A stretch of 64,000 bases of DNA from Paraspadella gotoi (lineage: Eukaryota > Animalia > Chaetognatha): positions 13,942,186 through 14,006,185 of the forward strand of contig CM119267.1 in assembly GCA_051294375.1 (NCBI GenBank), in the 5' to 3' direction. Every line of letters begins with the position of its first letter. Positions within the stretch are counted from its first letter, which is position 1. Position numbers and translations under genes: made by a program. The notes under the pieces were generated by a model, which did not search any database, had not been told where the DNA came from, and saw only the letters and a list, made by a program, of their open reading frames with translations. Positions 42,006-56,094 of this stretch are shown piece by piece.

Positions 42006-42102
<97 letters not shown>

Positions 42103-43010
42103 TCATCTCTAACCCCCTCCGGCGCCTCCCATTGATCGGGCCTCGATATTTATCCTCTTTGCCACCAGCCATCCCTGGGCTAATATCTTTTTACCTTTCT
42201 CGCTTATTCCCCTTATTCCTTCCCCCGAAACCTCGTTCTCTTCACTTCCACTCTCAATCTTCTCATCTATCTCCCTCTTCCCCTCAGCCAGTCTGGCGAC
42301 TCGGAATCCCTCAGAGTTCGAAAAATTCCCGCGGTGCATTGAGCAGCTTAATATACCGAGTTATTTGCAGAGTTATTGTTATTGTCGACATAACTGACCG
42401 GCGCACAGAGCGTTTTAAGATTAAAAAAAAAAGAAGAGAGAACAACTAAGAGAAATATAATTTTGCAAGAGCACTATATTCCCACGGAATATATATTAGT
42501 AATTGGGCGGTTTTAAAATCATTTAAAAGTAAACTATTGTGAACAGAGTCTGGCGAGAAGCTGTTCAAAAACTATTCGTATACATTAAAATAAAGATTTT
42601 ATGGCAACAGCCGGGTTGCCTGTGATGCCCATTGGGATGGGACATCTCACTGTTGGCTTTAGGGGCTTCCGACCCTCAGTGGCGCCACCTTAGGACGGTC
42701 TCGCTTTGCCAACGCAGAGGGAAGTCGTTAGGACGATGGAACGCAGCGCCTGGGATGGTGCGTCCCCCCTCTGAGCCAATGGGATTTGCTGAACCATGGA
42801 GTATGTAAGGCGGTGTGATTATACCGCCAAAATTTTTCTAAAAAATTTAGCCTACGAAGTCGAACCAAGCAAAACAAGCTGCGTGGACAGCTGCGCCTTT
42901 GCTCCAAAGCCGAGGACGGATATTATAGGACTGAGGACTCTTCATCCTCAAAGAAAAAAGTCTTTTTTTTTGCTTTGGAAGCCGAAACAAGCAGATACAG
43001 AGATAAAGAA

Positions 43011-43046
<36 letters not shown>

Positions 43047-43759
43047 AAACCATAGGCCGAACCGAGTGGTCGTAAGATATTGAACAGATGTGGTAATTTT
43101 CTTATGATGGAATTCGGGCAGGGATTGCCTTCTCACAGCTGACTGCCTTTCGTCCAGGCCTGAGATCGGGGCGAGGGAGAAAGGGATAGAGAGAGGCCGG
43201 TTCCAAGGGGGGTAAATAAAATGAGATGGCGAAGGAGTAAAGGGGCCAAAGGGTTCTTAAGTTGGTCACTTAAGTCATCTTGAGAATAAAGAATGTTTCC
43301 TAAAGGTAAAACGCGAACTCTCTCTGTCCCTTTAATTATTATCGACCGCCTTTTTACTCGATTAGACAATTGGATTTTAGTTCAACATCAGGATTTTTAA
43401 ACTTTTAAAATTAGAATGAGTAATACTGATGGCTTTTGTTCAATTACAATATATTCGGGATGTTCACTAGATCGTGAAACGTCGAAAAGTCCTAATCGAT
43501 CTTAGCTCTCTTTCTCTCTTTCTCTCGCCCCGCGAACTCGCAGAGGAAATCTCTCTGCCCCGCCCACTGGCGCGAAACGGACATAAAACGCAATTTTCGC
43601 TGCTCATTTGTCCGATTTTTGCCGTCGTTCTCGTCGTCGCTCGCGGCGACGCCTCTCGGGCGAAGGATGAAAACTAATTTCGGTCGCCGTAAAAACGAGA
43701 CCTCGCCGCTACCGTGACGAGGAGCGGGCAATCGTGTTCGCCGCTGCCGCTTTTTTTTT

Positions 43760-44489
43760 CGGCCGCTGCGACCGATGCAGCCGACGCTGCCGTCTCCGAT
43801 TGATAGCCATTTCGCGCCAAATTCATTCGTATGAGGAAGAAAGGTCGAAAAACATAAATTTCGACGACCTCACGATGGCCGAGGTAGAGTGAGGCGGAGG
43901 GTGGGGCGGAACAGGCGTGGCCCTTTTTTATTAATATCGTTTATTTCTAATAACGCGGCAAAAAAAAAAAGCGCATCGGCGACGCCCATCGTAATTAGTT
44001 AAGAAGAAAAAAATATATATTGAGAAATATATTAAAACTTTGGAGAAGATCGTGAATGAGAGGGAATCGAATAAAATGCGATATGGGGGAGAATCGAACC
44101 GTGTACAAAGAGAAAGAGAGAGAGAGAATTTTTCCGGCCGCTGCGACCGATGCAGCCGACGCTGCCGTCTCGCATTGATAGCCATTTCGCGCCAAATTCA
44201 TTCGTATGAGGAAGAAAGGTCGAAAAACATAAATTTCGAACGACCTCACGATGCGCGAGTGTAGAGTGAGGCGGAGGGTGGGGCGGAACAGGCGTGGCCC
44301 TTTTATTTAATATCGTTATTTTCTAAACAGCGGCAAAAAAAAAAAAGCGCATCGGCGACGCCCATCGTAATTAGTTAAGAAGAAAAAATATATATTGAGA
44401 AATATATTAAAACTTTGGAGAAGATCGTGAATGAGAGGGAATCGAATAAAATGCGATATGGGGAGGAATCGAACCGTGTTACAAGAGAA

Positions 44490-44495
<6 letters not shown>
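43760..44495 (+). repeat. Tandem duplication of a ~375-bp unit (2 copies)
   Basis: cggccgctgcgaccgatgcagcc... starts at 43760 and 44135; the copies are near-identical apart from indels. Confidence 0.85.
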
Positions 44496-44537
<42 letters not shown>

Positions 44538-44559
44538 AGAGAGAGGAGAGAGAGAGAGA

Positions 44560-44749
44560 GAGACTATCTCTATGAAGGAGTCATATACTCAGCTCTCCCG
44601 AACGCAGCCGTAGACCGGAGCGGCGGCGCGCGGCTGCCGATCGACTCACCTTCTCCTTCCGGGCTTTCTTCCGCTCGGATCGGGGAGATTTTCTCTTCTC
44701 TCCGGGCTTCTTCCGGTCGAAGTCCGAGCGGATCGGGCCGGATATCTCT

Positions 44750-44787
<38 letters not shown>

Positions 44788-46130
44788 GACAGTGCTAAGC
44801 TGTATAAACTGGACCCCATCGAAGTTAAACAAACTCCATACAGGAGCCTGTCTCTTCAATGCCAATATCGATATCCGGCACCATCGACACGCAGTCTAAA
44901 ATCATCTAAAAAGACTGGCGGCCAACATCATCTCCAATTCCTTGGGAGGCAAAAACTCGTTCTTGTAACTAATAAATTAAAATTGATCGACAGTTATATC
45001 TCGTATATTCTTCTCCTTAGAATAATATTCTTGTTTCGTGTCCCAGGAACCTTTTGATAAAGTTATTGACCGTGGTTGCGAGTTCATAAAACCTATATTT
45101 TAACCAATATGGTTAAATAATTTTATATCTTTAGCTTCTGTTATTTAAATTTCGTTTTAAAACTGAATAACACTTTCTATCCATTGTTTCGTCGATTTCA
45201 ATAAACGTTGCTCATTGGTAGATGTAGTAAAACTAAAAGAGTAGAAAAGGCAAGAAATTATGGACAAATACTCTGAATAGAAATAGTGATAGTATTTGGC
45301 GGGTAAGACCCCGCCGGGGCTCGCTTTTTTTTAATGTATTAGTTGCAAGTTAGGATACCCTAGTAATTTTTCAAATACCCTAGTATTTTTTTAAAATTAC
45401 TTTGATACTTTTACAAATCGATAGATTTTAAGTATAAAAGTTAAGCGCGTAAGACCTCGCGGGGCGCGCACAAAGTATTTATTTGGCGATAAGACCCCTA
45501 GGAGGGCCCGCAAAATAGGATCGCCCTAAGGCTGTTTTTCTCCTCATCCGCGGGCGTTTTTAGTAATATCTTATCATCATCATCATCATCTCTCTCTCTC
45601 TTCTTACTCTCTCTTGCTCTTGCCGTCTCGCTCTCTTTCTATCTTTTTTTTCGAAGGTTTCATGTTGTTTCGAGGCTTCTGAGTATAAGCCATGCTATGA
45701 AGAATGAATGATTCTCAGCTCCTCAGATCCAATCATTACGGCCCTCTGAATCTTTGGGGGCTCCGCGTCCCGATTTAAATTCCTCCCTCTTCTCCCAGCC
45801 TCGCTTCGCCATTGGTCGAGGATGCAAAATGAGGGAACGACTGATTGGTCGGTGCCCGACTCCTCCTCGATTCTCATTTGCCAATTTTTAGATCTAGTCT
45901 CGAGTCATGAATCAAGCGCCATTTTTGGATGAGGAGAAAAAAGGGAGGGAGAATGGAGAAAAGAGATAAAAAAAAAATGGCGAGAGTAGAGAAGAGAGAG
46001 AGAGAGGCAGAGAGAGAGAGGAGAGAGAGGAGAGAGAGAGTGAGTGAGTGAATGAGTGAGAGACGAGAGGAGACTCGTAAAAAGAGTCCCGAGAAGGATC
46101 TTCATNNNNNNNNNNNNNNNNNNNNNNNNN

Positions 46131-46221
<91 letters not shown>

Positions 46222-46404
46222 CTATCTCTATGAAAGGAGTCATATACTCAGCTCTCCCGAACGCAGCCGTAGACCGGAGCGGCGGCGCGCGGCTGCCGAT
46301 CGACTCACTTCTCCTTCCGGGCTTTCTCTCCGCTCGGATCGGGGAGATTTTCTCTCTCTCCGGGCTTCTTCCGGTCGAAGTCCGAGCGGATCGGGCCGCC
46401 GGCA

Positions 46405-46443
<39 letters not shown>

Positions 46444-46869
46444 GACAGTGCTAAGCTGTATAAACTGGATCCCCATCGAAGTTAAACCAAACTCCATACA
46501 GGAGCCTGTTCTCTTCAATGCCAATATCGATATCCGGCACCATCGACACGCCGTCTAAAGATCATCTAAAAAGACTGGCGGCCAACATCATCTCCAATTC
46601 TTGGGGAGCAAAAACTCGTTCTTGTAACTAATAAATTAAAATTGATCGACAGTTATATCTCTATATTCTTCTCCTTAGAATAATATTCTTGTTTCGTGTC
46701 CCAAGGAACCTTTTGATAAAGTTATTGACCGTGGTTGCGAGTTCATAAAACCTATATTTAACCAATATGGTTAAATAATTTAATATCTTTAGCTTCTGTT
46801 ATTTAAATTTCGTTTTAAACTGAATAACACTTTCTATCCATGTTTTCGTACGATAATTCAATAACGTTG
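44560..46869 (+). repeat. Direct duplication (~44560-45211 and ~46220-46869) across a 25-N gap
   Basis: actatctctatgaa...gacagtgctaagctg...aataacgttg is present twice and differs mainly by indels. Confidence 0.85.
44650..44745 (-). other. Orphan 5' exon candidate (duplicated at 46309-46405)
   Basis: Consensus donor AG|GTGAGT on the - strand at 44649 in a CpG-rich patch; the second copy reads MPAARSARTSTGRSPEREKISPIRAERKPGRR. Confidence 0.3.
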
Positions 46870-46964
46870 AATCTCTCTCTGGGGATCTCATCGTCACGTA
46901 GCGAGGCAAAAAAAAGTTAGGATGCAGAGTTGGCCCTGAGTTTGGTTCGATGCTAGATTGAAGC

Positions 46965-47090
46965 GGGATGGAGTGGGACAGAGTGAGATGGAGTGGGATA
47001 GAATGAGATGGAGTGGGATAGAATGAGATTGAGTAGGACAGAGTGAGATGGAGTGGGATAGAATGAGATGGAGTGGGATGGAGTGAGATG
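46965..47090 (+). repeat. 20-bp minisatellite gagtgggatagaatgagatg
   Basis: About 6 copies built from 5-bp subunits. Confidence 0.9.
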
Positions 47091-50000
47091 TATTTTTGCG
47101 AAGAGGCATGAAATGTATAGAAAATGGAAGGAGATGCCAGATCTTGGGAGAGGGCGGTGAAATTACATTGTGAAGTTGAATTCCAATCGTTGTTCTTTTG
47201 TTCCTTGTTCACCGTTCAGTCCAGCTCAACTCACAAAACTATTTACAAATTCACTACGAGCACATATATAGGCTCTCACTTTAATGAACTGCGGGTGAAA
47301 AGCGAAACATCATCCTTTTTGGGATTATTTGAGAAAAAATCATTAGACCTTCATTTCTACCATTTTCACAGCTTCGTCACGGACCTTCCCCTCTCAGACT
47401 CGCCAATACTTTTCGAGCGATTTCCTTCTGCCACGCGCCAATCTCGTACACGAGGAGCTCCAAAGATTAGAAACAAATAGATACGAATGGTTTTGTTTCG
47501 GGCCAGCGCCGGGCCGCCGCCGGGCCGCCTCCCCGGTCCGCCCCGGTCCGGCCCGGCCCCGGTTCGCTTGTCTGTCGGGCGAGAGCAGAGGGCAGAGGTT
47601 CTCAGGATGAATGAAAGGGGATGGACGGGGAAGAGAGAGAGAGAAAAAAAAACATTTCCAAGTATTTTGTACTTTTGTCTGAAAAAATAATTTTCTGATT
47701 GCTTTTCTTTTCTTTTTTTCGTTTTTATTGAATTTGATGACGATATATCCTTTTGTTAAAAATTGTTTAACGATATTCAAAAAAAAATCCATTTAAAGCC
47801 GACGAAAACGGTCGGAAGATTGTTGAAAAACATTAATAAAAGTGGAATAAAGATAAGGAGAAGCAATAAAAGAAAAATAACGAAATTAAACACAAAGTAA
47901 ATATACGAGGAAAGAGAGAGAGAGAGAGAGAGNNNNNNNNNNNNNNNNNNNNNNNNNNNNNNNNNNNNNNNNNNNNNNNNNNNNNNNNNNNNNNNNNNNN
48001 NNNNNNNNNNNNNNNNNNNNNNNNNNNNNNNNNNNNNNNNNNNNNNNNNNNNNNNNNNNNNNNNNNNNNNNNNNNNNNNNNNNNNNNNNNNNNNNNNNNN
48101 NNNNNNNNNNNNNNNNNNNNNNNNNNNNNNNNNNNNNNNNNNNNNNNNNNNNNNNNNNNNNNNNNNNNNNNNNNNNNNNNNNNNNNNNNNNNNNNNNNNN
48201 NNNNNNNNNNNNNNNNNNNNNNNNNNNNNNNNNNNNNNNNNNNNNNNNNNNNNNNNNNNNNNNNNNNNNNNNNNNNNNNNNNNNNNNNNNNNNNNNNNNN
48301 NNNNGAGAGAGAGAAAGGATGGAAAAATGGAAAACCGAGAAAAAAAAAGAAAAAAAAACGTAACGAGCCAAAAAAAATGGCGGAAGAAAACTGAAAGTAA
48401 AAGAAGACAAAAGTTTTGTCAAAATGTGTCGATTGAGAGACAAAGTTAATGTTCTTATCGAACTGGGTTTTGTTGGTTTGAATATCGAAAGGTTTAACTT
48501 TCAGTTCCAAATGTTTAAAACAAATGATCGATTAATCAATTCATACGAATGAAGATCACGTTTATTGTAAAAAATTATATTCGATCTCACCCAAATTCTT
48601 TCGCGTGATATTCGCGGCGAAAAATTGAGATTCTTCGCCAAAAACCAAATCCTCACTGAAATTTGCTGCCTTTCTCTCTTCTTCATATGACAGATATATG
48701 CGCTTAATGTGCGTCCATCTCTCTCTCTCTCTCTCNNNNNNNNNNNNNNNNNNNNNNNNNNNNNNNNNNNNNNNNNNNNNNNNNNNNNNNNNNNNNNNNN
48801 NNNNNNNNNNNNNNNNNNNNNNNNNNNNNNNNNNNNNNNNNNNNNNNNNNNNNNNNNNNNNNNNNNNNNNNNNNNNNNNNNNNNNNTCCTCGGCCTGTCC
48901 CCCCCTCTAGAGCCCCCTTCACTTCACTTCAGTACAGCACACAGCACGTGGGCTCACGTTTTCTTCGTCGCGCGTTTCAAAGAGGCCTCTTTTTATTCTC
49001 GAACCTGAAACGGCTCGACCCCGGGAGGCGTCCTTTTTACGATAGACGATGCTAAAGTGACGTACACCCTGCGATCTGAACCAAATGACGAACACTGTAT
49101 TTTTTTTTTAATAGGCCATGTAGCTTCGCTTGATGTCTTTGTTTTTATTCACACCTTTCTTTTTTGACAAGAATATTTGTTAAAAATCCTATTAATCATG
49201 CGTAAACTTTTTTTGTAAGAGTTCTTGCACTTGTTCTCTATTTCGAGCAGAGAAAAANNNNNNNNNNNNNNNNNNNNNNNNNNNNNNNNNNNNNNNNNNN
49301 NNNNNNNNNNNNNNNNNNNNNNNNNNNNNNNNNNNNNNNNNNNNNNNNNNNNNNNNNNNNNNNNNNNNNNNNNNNNNNNNNNNNNNNNNNNNNNNNNNNN
49401 NNNNNNNNNNNNNNNNNNNNNNNNNNNNNNNNNNNNNNNNNNNNNNNNNNNNNNNNNNNNNNNNNNNNNNNNNNNNNNNNNNNNNNNNNNNNNNNNNNNN
49501 NNNNNNNNNNNNNNNNNCCAAAAAGTTTATAAACACGAAATAAAAAAAAAGGAAGGAAAAAGAGAAATGACGTCAAAAGAACATGAGAGGCAGTTTCCTT
49601 TTTTTCCCTCTTTCCTCTTTTTTTTTCTTGCAATTTCATCCTTCTTTTTCCTCCTCATTCGTTTCATATTTGTCTTTTCTCTTTCTATTTTCGTTTCTGT
49701 TTTCTCCAATTTGTTGTTTATTACTTTCACTTTCTGCAGAGTTAACTTTTTTTTCATTTTCCTTTTTTTTTCATTTTCTGTTTATTATTTTCATAAAAAA
49801 TAATTTTTAGCTGATTTAATGACCTCTATAGTCTACAGTCTATAGTCTATAGCCTATAGTATACTCCATTTTTAGAGATGAAACGAAAAATTCGTTGTAA
49901 TAGCAATTTTTATTTAAAAAAAAAATGCTATTAAAACAAATTTTTCGTTTCATCTCTAAACTATTTTAAATAGCAAAAAAGAAAATCAAAATACAAAGTA

Positions 50001-50853
50001 TACTCCATTAAATAATACTTAAGTTTAAAAAAAAAACATTTCCTTATTTTTTTCATAAAATTACTGCGTACCTTATTTTAACAATCATGCTTTCCTCTCG
50101 TTCTCTATCTCTCTCTCTCTCCCTGAAAATAGAATTAAAGAGAAAACCATTGAACAATAAACTACATGTTTTTAACGCACGTTAAAAAAATTTCAATCTT
50201 TTCTTTTTCTTTTTTTTATTTTCATCATTTCTTATTCTTCTTTTTTTTTTAAATTTCAACTTTTCCCTTTCTTTCGCCTTTTTCGAATTCGCTTCCCTTT
50301 TTCAATTTTTCCTCTTGATCCCTTTTTCTTCGTCGACCGCTCAATCGCCCCGCATTCCTTTCCATCGATAAATCTTTACTTTTACTTTTTAGTGTAAAAT
50401 TTCACAGTCAAAAGTGAGATGAAGGGATGTAGAGATGTCGGGATGTAAGCGGGGATGATGTTGTGATGGAGAAATGTTCGAATTTAGCGATATATAAATG
50501 CAATGATGGATGATGCTGTGATGTATCTAGGGAAATAAAAATGTAATGAATAAGTATGTTGTGAAGTAGTGATATAGAAATGTAATGAAGAAGAATGTAA
50601 TGATACGTAGGGAAATAGAAATTAAGGTGATGTAGCGATAAAGGATGTATTGATGTAGGAAAGGAGATATGCAATGATATGTGGTGAAGTTGATGCAGGG
50701 ATGGAAGGATTAAGTCGTGAAAAGAGAACAGAGGGAGCGGAGAGAAATAAAAATGGTAAGTGGAACGAGGTGAGGAAAGGCGACAGGACGAACCTGTCAG
50801 GGAAGGATAAAGGGTGAGGCGTGTCGAATCAATTACGAGTTAGTCGCCGCAAT

Positions 50854-50930
50854 GAAGGACTCAAATGAACGACTTAACCGAACGACTCAAGCGAACGACT
50901 GAAACGAACGACTGAACAAAATGACTCAAA
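50854..50930 (+). repeat. 13-bp minisatellite gaacgactnaann
   Basis: gact at 50858, 50871, 50884, 50897, 50910 and 50923. Confidence 0.8.
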
Positions 50931-51140
50931 TATGGTTTTTACTAAGAGGAATTCTTTAATGTCAAGAATAGCTTGACTATGACTATATAGTATATACACT
51001 GTATAAAGTATACCAAATAGGTTTGCCACTTTCTTATCAAAACAAATTTTCTCTCTATTGAGAGATTTATTGTCATGCCATTGAAGAGCGACTGAGTTAG
51101 GAGACTTCCTGTCCGTTGTAGCTCTCTTTCCTCCTCAACG

Positions 51141-51196
<56 letters not shown>

Positions 51197-52570
51197 TCTT
51201 CTCTTTCAATTCGCTCTTTACTTTCCGTTCTTGTCTTTCAAACTTTTTTTTTCCCTTTTTATTTTTTTTCTTCTTTCATTCTTCATTCTTTCTATTTTCT
51301 ACTCTACTATTTTCTCTCTCCCCCTCGTTCCTCTTTTTAACCGGAACGAGCGGCGATAAAGATTCTTGATCCATTATCATTCCTTCACCGAATTTATTGC
51401 CTACGTATTTCTTAAGGACGAAAACCCTTTTTTTAAAAAAAAGGGGAATTTTCCCTCATTCACGGGGCTTTTTTTTTTTTTTGTTGTTTTTCTTTTGTTA
51501 TGCATATTAATTTTTTGGGTTTTTATCTTCCGATTTTTCATCGTTGTTATCTTTCTTTTTCATTATCAAGACGTGAACAAACAATTTTCGAATATAAAAA
51601 TAAAAATACGACGAGGTTTTTAATAATTAGAAGCTGAAAACTATTACGAATAAAGAGAAAGCTGAGGGAAAAAAAGGAAGGAGTCTTGAAAAAAAGGAAG
51701 AAAAGGATTGCGGCTTTAAAAACGACAAAAGAAACGAAATAGAAATAATGTCAGACTAACAACAAGGCAAACAAAGGAACAAATAGTTTTGAACCAAACC
51801 ATATAATGATTATAACAATTAAACATAAGAGAAAAGGAACATAGAGAGAAAGAAAGAAAGAAACTGAGAGAGAGAGAAGAGAGAGAGAATGAGAGAGAGA
51901 GAGAGAAAGAAGGAATTTCCCGCCCTATTCAGACGTCCTTCTTTTCTCCATTAACCTTTCTCACTTTCTTCCCTTTTTTAGGACAAGGGTCACTTCCGGA
52001 ACTTCGGAACTCACCCACTCGCCTTCTCACTTCTCACCCACTGGCCCTCTCGCCCTCTCGAGTTGCGAACCCTCTCGCTCTCTCGATCTCATCCTCTCGT
52101 ATTTCGCAATCTCCTTCACTTATTTCTGAGGTTTAAATAACAAAATTTGTTACATTTCTTTTCCTTGCACGTTGGATTGCGTGAACTCTAAAATCCCGCT
52201 ACTCTCTCTCTCTCTCTCTCTCTCNNNNNNNNNNNNNNNNNNNNNNNNNNNNNNNNNNNNNNNNNNNNNNNNNNNNNNNNNNNNNNNNNNNNNNNNNNNN
52301 NNNNNNNNNNNNNNNNNNNNNNNNNNNNNNNNNNNNNNNNNNNNNNNNNNNNNNNNNNNNNNNNNNNNNNNNNNNNNNNNNNNNNNNNNNNNNNNNNNNN
52401 NNNNNNNNNNNNNNNNNNNNNNNNNNNNNNNNNNNNNNNNNNNNNNNNNNNNNNNNNNNNNNNNNNNNNNNNNNNNNNNNNNNNNNNNNNNNNNNNNNNN
52501 NNNNNNNNNNNAAAAAAGGAAAATTTGTTGTGCTATAACATTAAGTACATTTGTGCCTACGTCTCGAGTT

Positions 52571-52650
52571 AAAAGTATTGGGCCTTGTCGAGATCATTGG
52601 GCCATAATAAAAGTATTGGGCCTTGTCGAGATCATTGGGCCATAATAAAA
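52571..52650 (+). repeat. Exact 38-bp tandem duplication
   Basis: aaaagtattgggccttgtcgagatcattgggccataat occurs twice. Confidence 0.9.
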
Positions 52651-52942
52651 CGAATTGGTCCGAGAAAGATGTTTTGGGGTTGAGGAGATTCTTAATCATT
52701 GACCCGTCGATTCGATGGAGTCCGAACGCCGCCGTCTTAGACTGAAGGACATTGCTGACTTACAAAAAAAAAAAAACCCGCAACAGCCACCGACGCTGCG
52801 TCAACGGCATCCGTCGGACCGCAGCAGCGACGGCTGCGGCGGAAGCAGAAGGAAAAAAAAATAAGACGAGATCGTCGACGACGAAGTTTCGGACAAAGTT
52901 TTGTGGTTTTTTCCGTAACCACCACAAAACGAGAGAAAGGGG

Positions 52943-53026
<84 letters not shown>

Positions 53027-53473
53027 TCTCTCTCTCTCTTCTCTCTTCCGCACGTTTGTTTGCGGCATAATTTTCCCCCCGCTAAAAGGAAGAAATACAA
53101 TTAAAATCCATACTCTAAGACTGCAGTCGAAGACTGTCGTGAGCATAATCGGCGGGTAACTGGAAGGCTTGAATTTTGAAATAGCGAAAGAATCAAGAGA
53201 GTTTGAGAGAGTGGAAAGCGAAGTATCAGCGAGATTGAAAAGAAGTAAATTTGAAAAATAGCAAATGGAAAGTTGGATAATGATAGTAGCCATAAATTAA
53301 TGATATTGCACCGATCCTTGTGGACTGGCAAGTATCGAACATGTAATTAAGAACTATTTGATCTTATTCATTTAAACCCTATGAAAATCTAACTCTACAA
53401 TTCAACGAAATTAATACATAAAGTTGTCTTAATTAACTCATAATGCAAAAAGCTACCTCAAGTCAAAAATAAA

Positions 53474-53513
<40 letters not shown>

Positions 53514-56094
53514 CTCTCTCGGTTCTCTCTCTCTCTCTCTCTTCTCGTCTCTCTCTCTCTCTCATTCCCCCCCCACTTCTCGTCTGCCCCCATCTTTTTT
53601 CCCCCGCCAAGGATCAACGGGCCTCATTACAGAAGCGCGAAGCGAGAGATGGAACTTTTTTTTTCCTTCCCCGTGGTCCTGGTCTTGAGCCGATTCGGAG
53701 GTTGGCTTGAGCGATTCGGAGTCAACAGCCAGACAAGAAGAAACAGGATTTGAAAAAGGAATCTTTTCGACTTCTTTCGAACCGAAGCGGCGGTCAGGAA
53801 TTTAAAAAAGAGAGGACGACGACGATGAGGACGACGACGACAACGACGGAGGAATGAAAGCCAAATCCGTCCGATTCGCGATCCGACAGAGAGACAAAAA
53901 AGAAAATCGGTGATATGGATTTTACACCCGACGGACGCGCTTCTAAGGCATCAGTGCGCTGTTGCTTTTGGAACCGACCGTCGCTGCGCATTTCCCGAGA
54001 AATAGGACCGATGGTGTTACGGATCTACTTTTTTTTGGGCTATAAAGTCTAATAATATCCTCGTCTGTCTTTTATGAAGATTTTCAAAACTACTTGTTTC
54101 CACTATTTTTTATTTTTTATTTTTATATATTTGTTCATGAAGATTTTACCATCTTAATCTATATTCTTTAAATATATATAATATTGCTTTCTTTAAAATA
54201 TTTTACTTATCATATATCTAATAACTTCATTTCTGGGAATGGGGAAGTCCAGTGTTGTCTTCTGGAAATAGGAGGACAGCATCTTCTACCACAACACAAG
54301 GTTTAGATTACAATCTGTCCTAGTTTTTCTAATAATATCACACATATCATTTCCTGTTAGAGAAAGTCAATTATATGAAAAAATCCTATATATTCTTAAT
54401 TAGGCCCCCTGAAACAGAGCGGGTGGGAATGGATAATATTTTGTGTATGGGGGACCAAAGTTATATTTAGATTTTTTTTAAAAAAAAACTAATTAGGGAT
54501 ATAAGGACTACAAAAGCTAGAATTGTAATTGTTCTCGATAGGGGATACATACATGGAAAAAAAGGTCTATAGGGGCACCTTTTATGTCTATGAATATAAT
54601 TTAAAATAACCTTTAAGTGAAAAATAAATTTTTTCCTTTATCGCTAATTTAATTATTTCTATTTCTGAATATTTTTTATCTATTATGTTTATACAATGGG
54701 AAGGTCATCAAGTTGGGAACCATATACCTACCTATACCCTATATAAAAAATATCAAGTTATTACTATGAAAACATTTTTCCGTCTTGGGAAAACAAAGGA
54801 GAAATATAATGGTGGAAAGAGGGAGGGAGACGAAGAGGAAAAGGAGGAGGAAGAGAGGATGAGAGCCGTTGGAGGAGGCGAGAAGAAAGTCGACGTGGGT
54901 CATATGAAGAGGAGGAGGAAGAGGGAGGAGGAAACGCCTTGAGTTTCGTGAGCTGATGGAGGTGGTCGACGTTTTAAAAAGATTTTGCGGGATGTGCCAA
55001 TGTAAAATTGATAGGCGCGATCCAATTCAATAAATTCCGTTCTCTCACCGATGTAAGCTTATTTTTTTTTTCCTTTTTTCTTCTTCCTCCTCTTTTCTCC
55101 TCCATCCTCTCCCGCTTTTGTCTGCTGTTCACCACTCCTCCTTCCTCTTTTTTTCTCTCCCAGACTCAAACTTGTGTCCCAGCCCGCTAAAAAAATAAAA
55201 CCTTCTTACTCCTATTTTGATCTTATTGTTTTTTTGTATTCGATTTATGTTGTTCGATTTTTTTTCTTTCCGTTAGGGGTGTTTTTTTTTTATATTTGGA
55301 TACGGTAAAGCAGCAATGGACAGACAGAGAGGAAAAAAAGGAGAAAAAGGAAAGAAAAAAAAAAGGAAAAAAAATAAGAAGAAAAGGAAAAAAAAAGATA
55401 AAAATAAAACGAAAGAAAGAAAAATAAATAAATAAAGAAAAAAGAAAGAAAAAAGAAAGAGAAGAAAGATCAAGAGAAGAAAGAAAGAAAGAAAGAAAAG
55501 AAAGAAAGAAAGAAAGAAAGAAAAAGAAAGAAGACAGACAGACAGACAGAAATAGAGAGAGAGAAAAACGTATTCTGATTTCTTCAGCGACAGTGCCATC
55601 GCATGTTGCGAGATTTAATTTCAGCCATTAAGGAGCAAGAAAAAATTAAAAAGGAAAAAATACTCGCATTTCGAGATTTTCGTTACGAGTTTTGATCCCA
55701 TAAAAGAAATTAAAAGAACTCTACTCGATTTCCGATCCGATTCCGTCTTGAGACAAGAAATGTTCCAGGCTTCGTCCGTCGTTGTCGATGTTAGTGGGAA
55801 ACGATTCAACAACTAAAGTTCATCTTCTTCTCATATCATTCGAATCGTCTTTAGAATCTTTGTTATTGCTCACGGACCAAAACATTGTTGGGGTGCGTCG
55901 GTTGAGCATTCGAGTACAATAAATTCAAACTTTTTTAATCGTAACTATGATTATATTTTGTTGATTTGCCCTCCGGTTATTATGGATATTATCTATGTTA
56001 TTTAACTTACCACGACACAAACAAAAATTAAGGAGAGAATATCAGCAACAGCATCAATATTCAAGTCTTCATTCGACGGCCATGATTCGCCACA

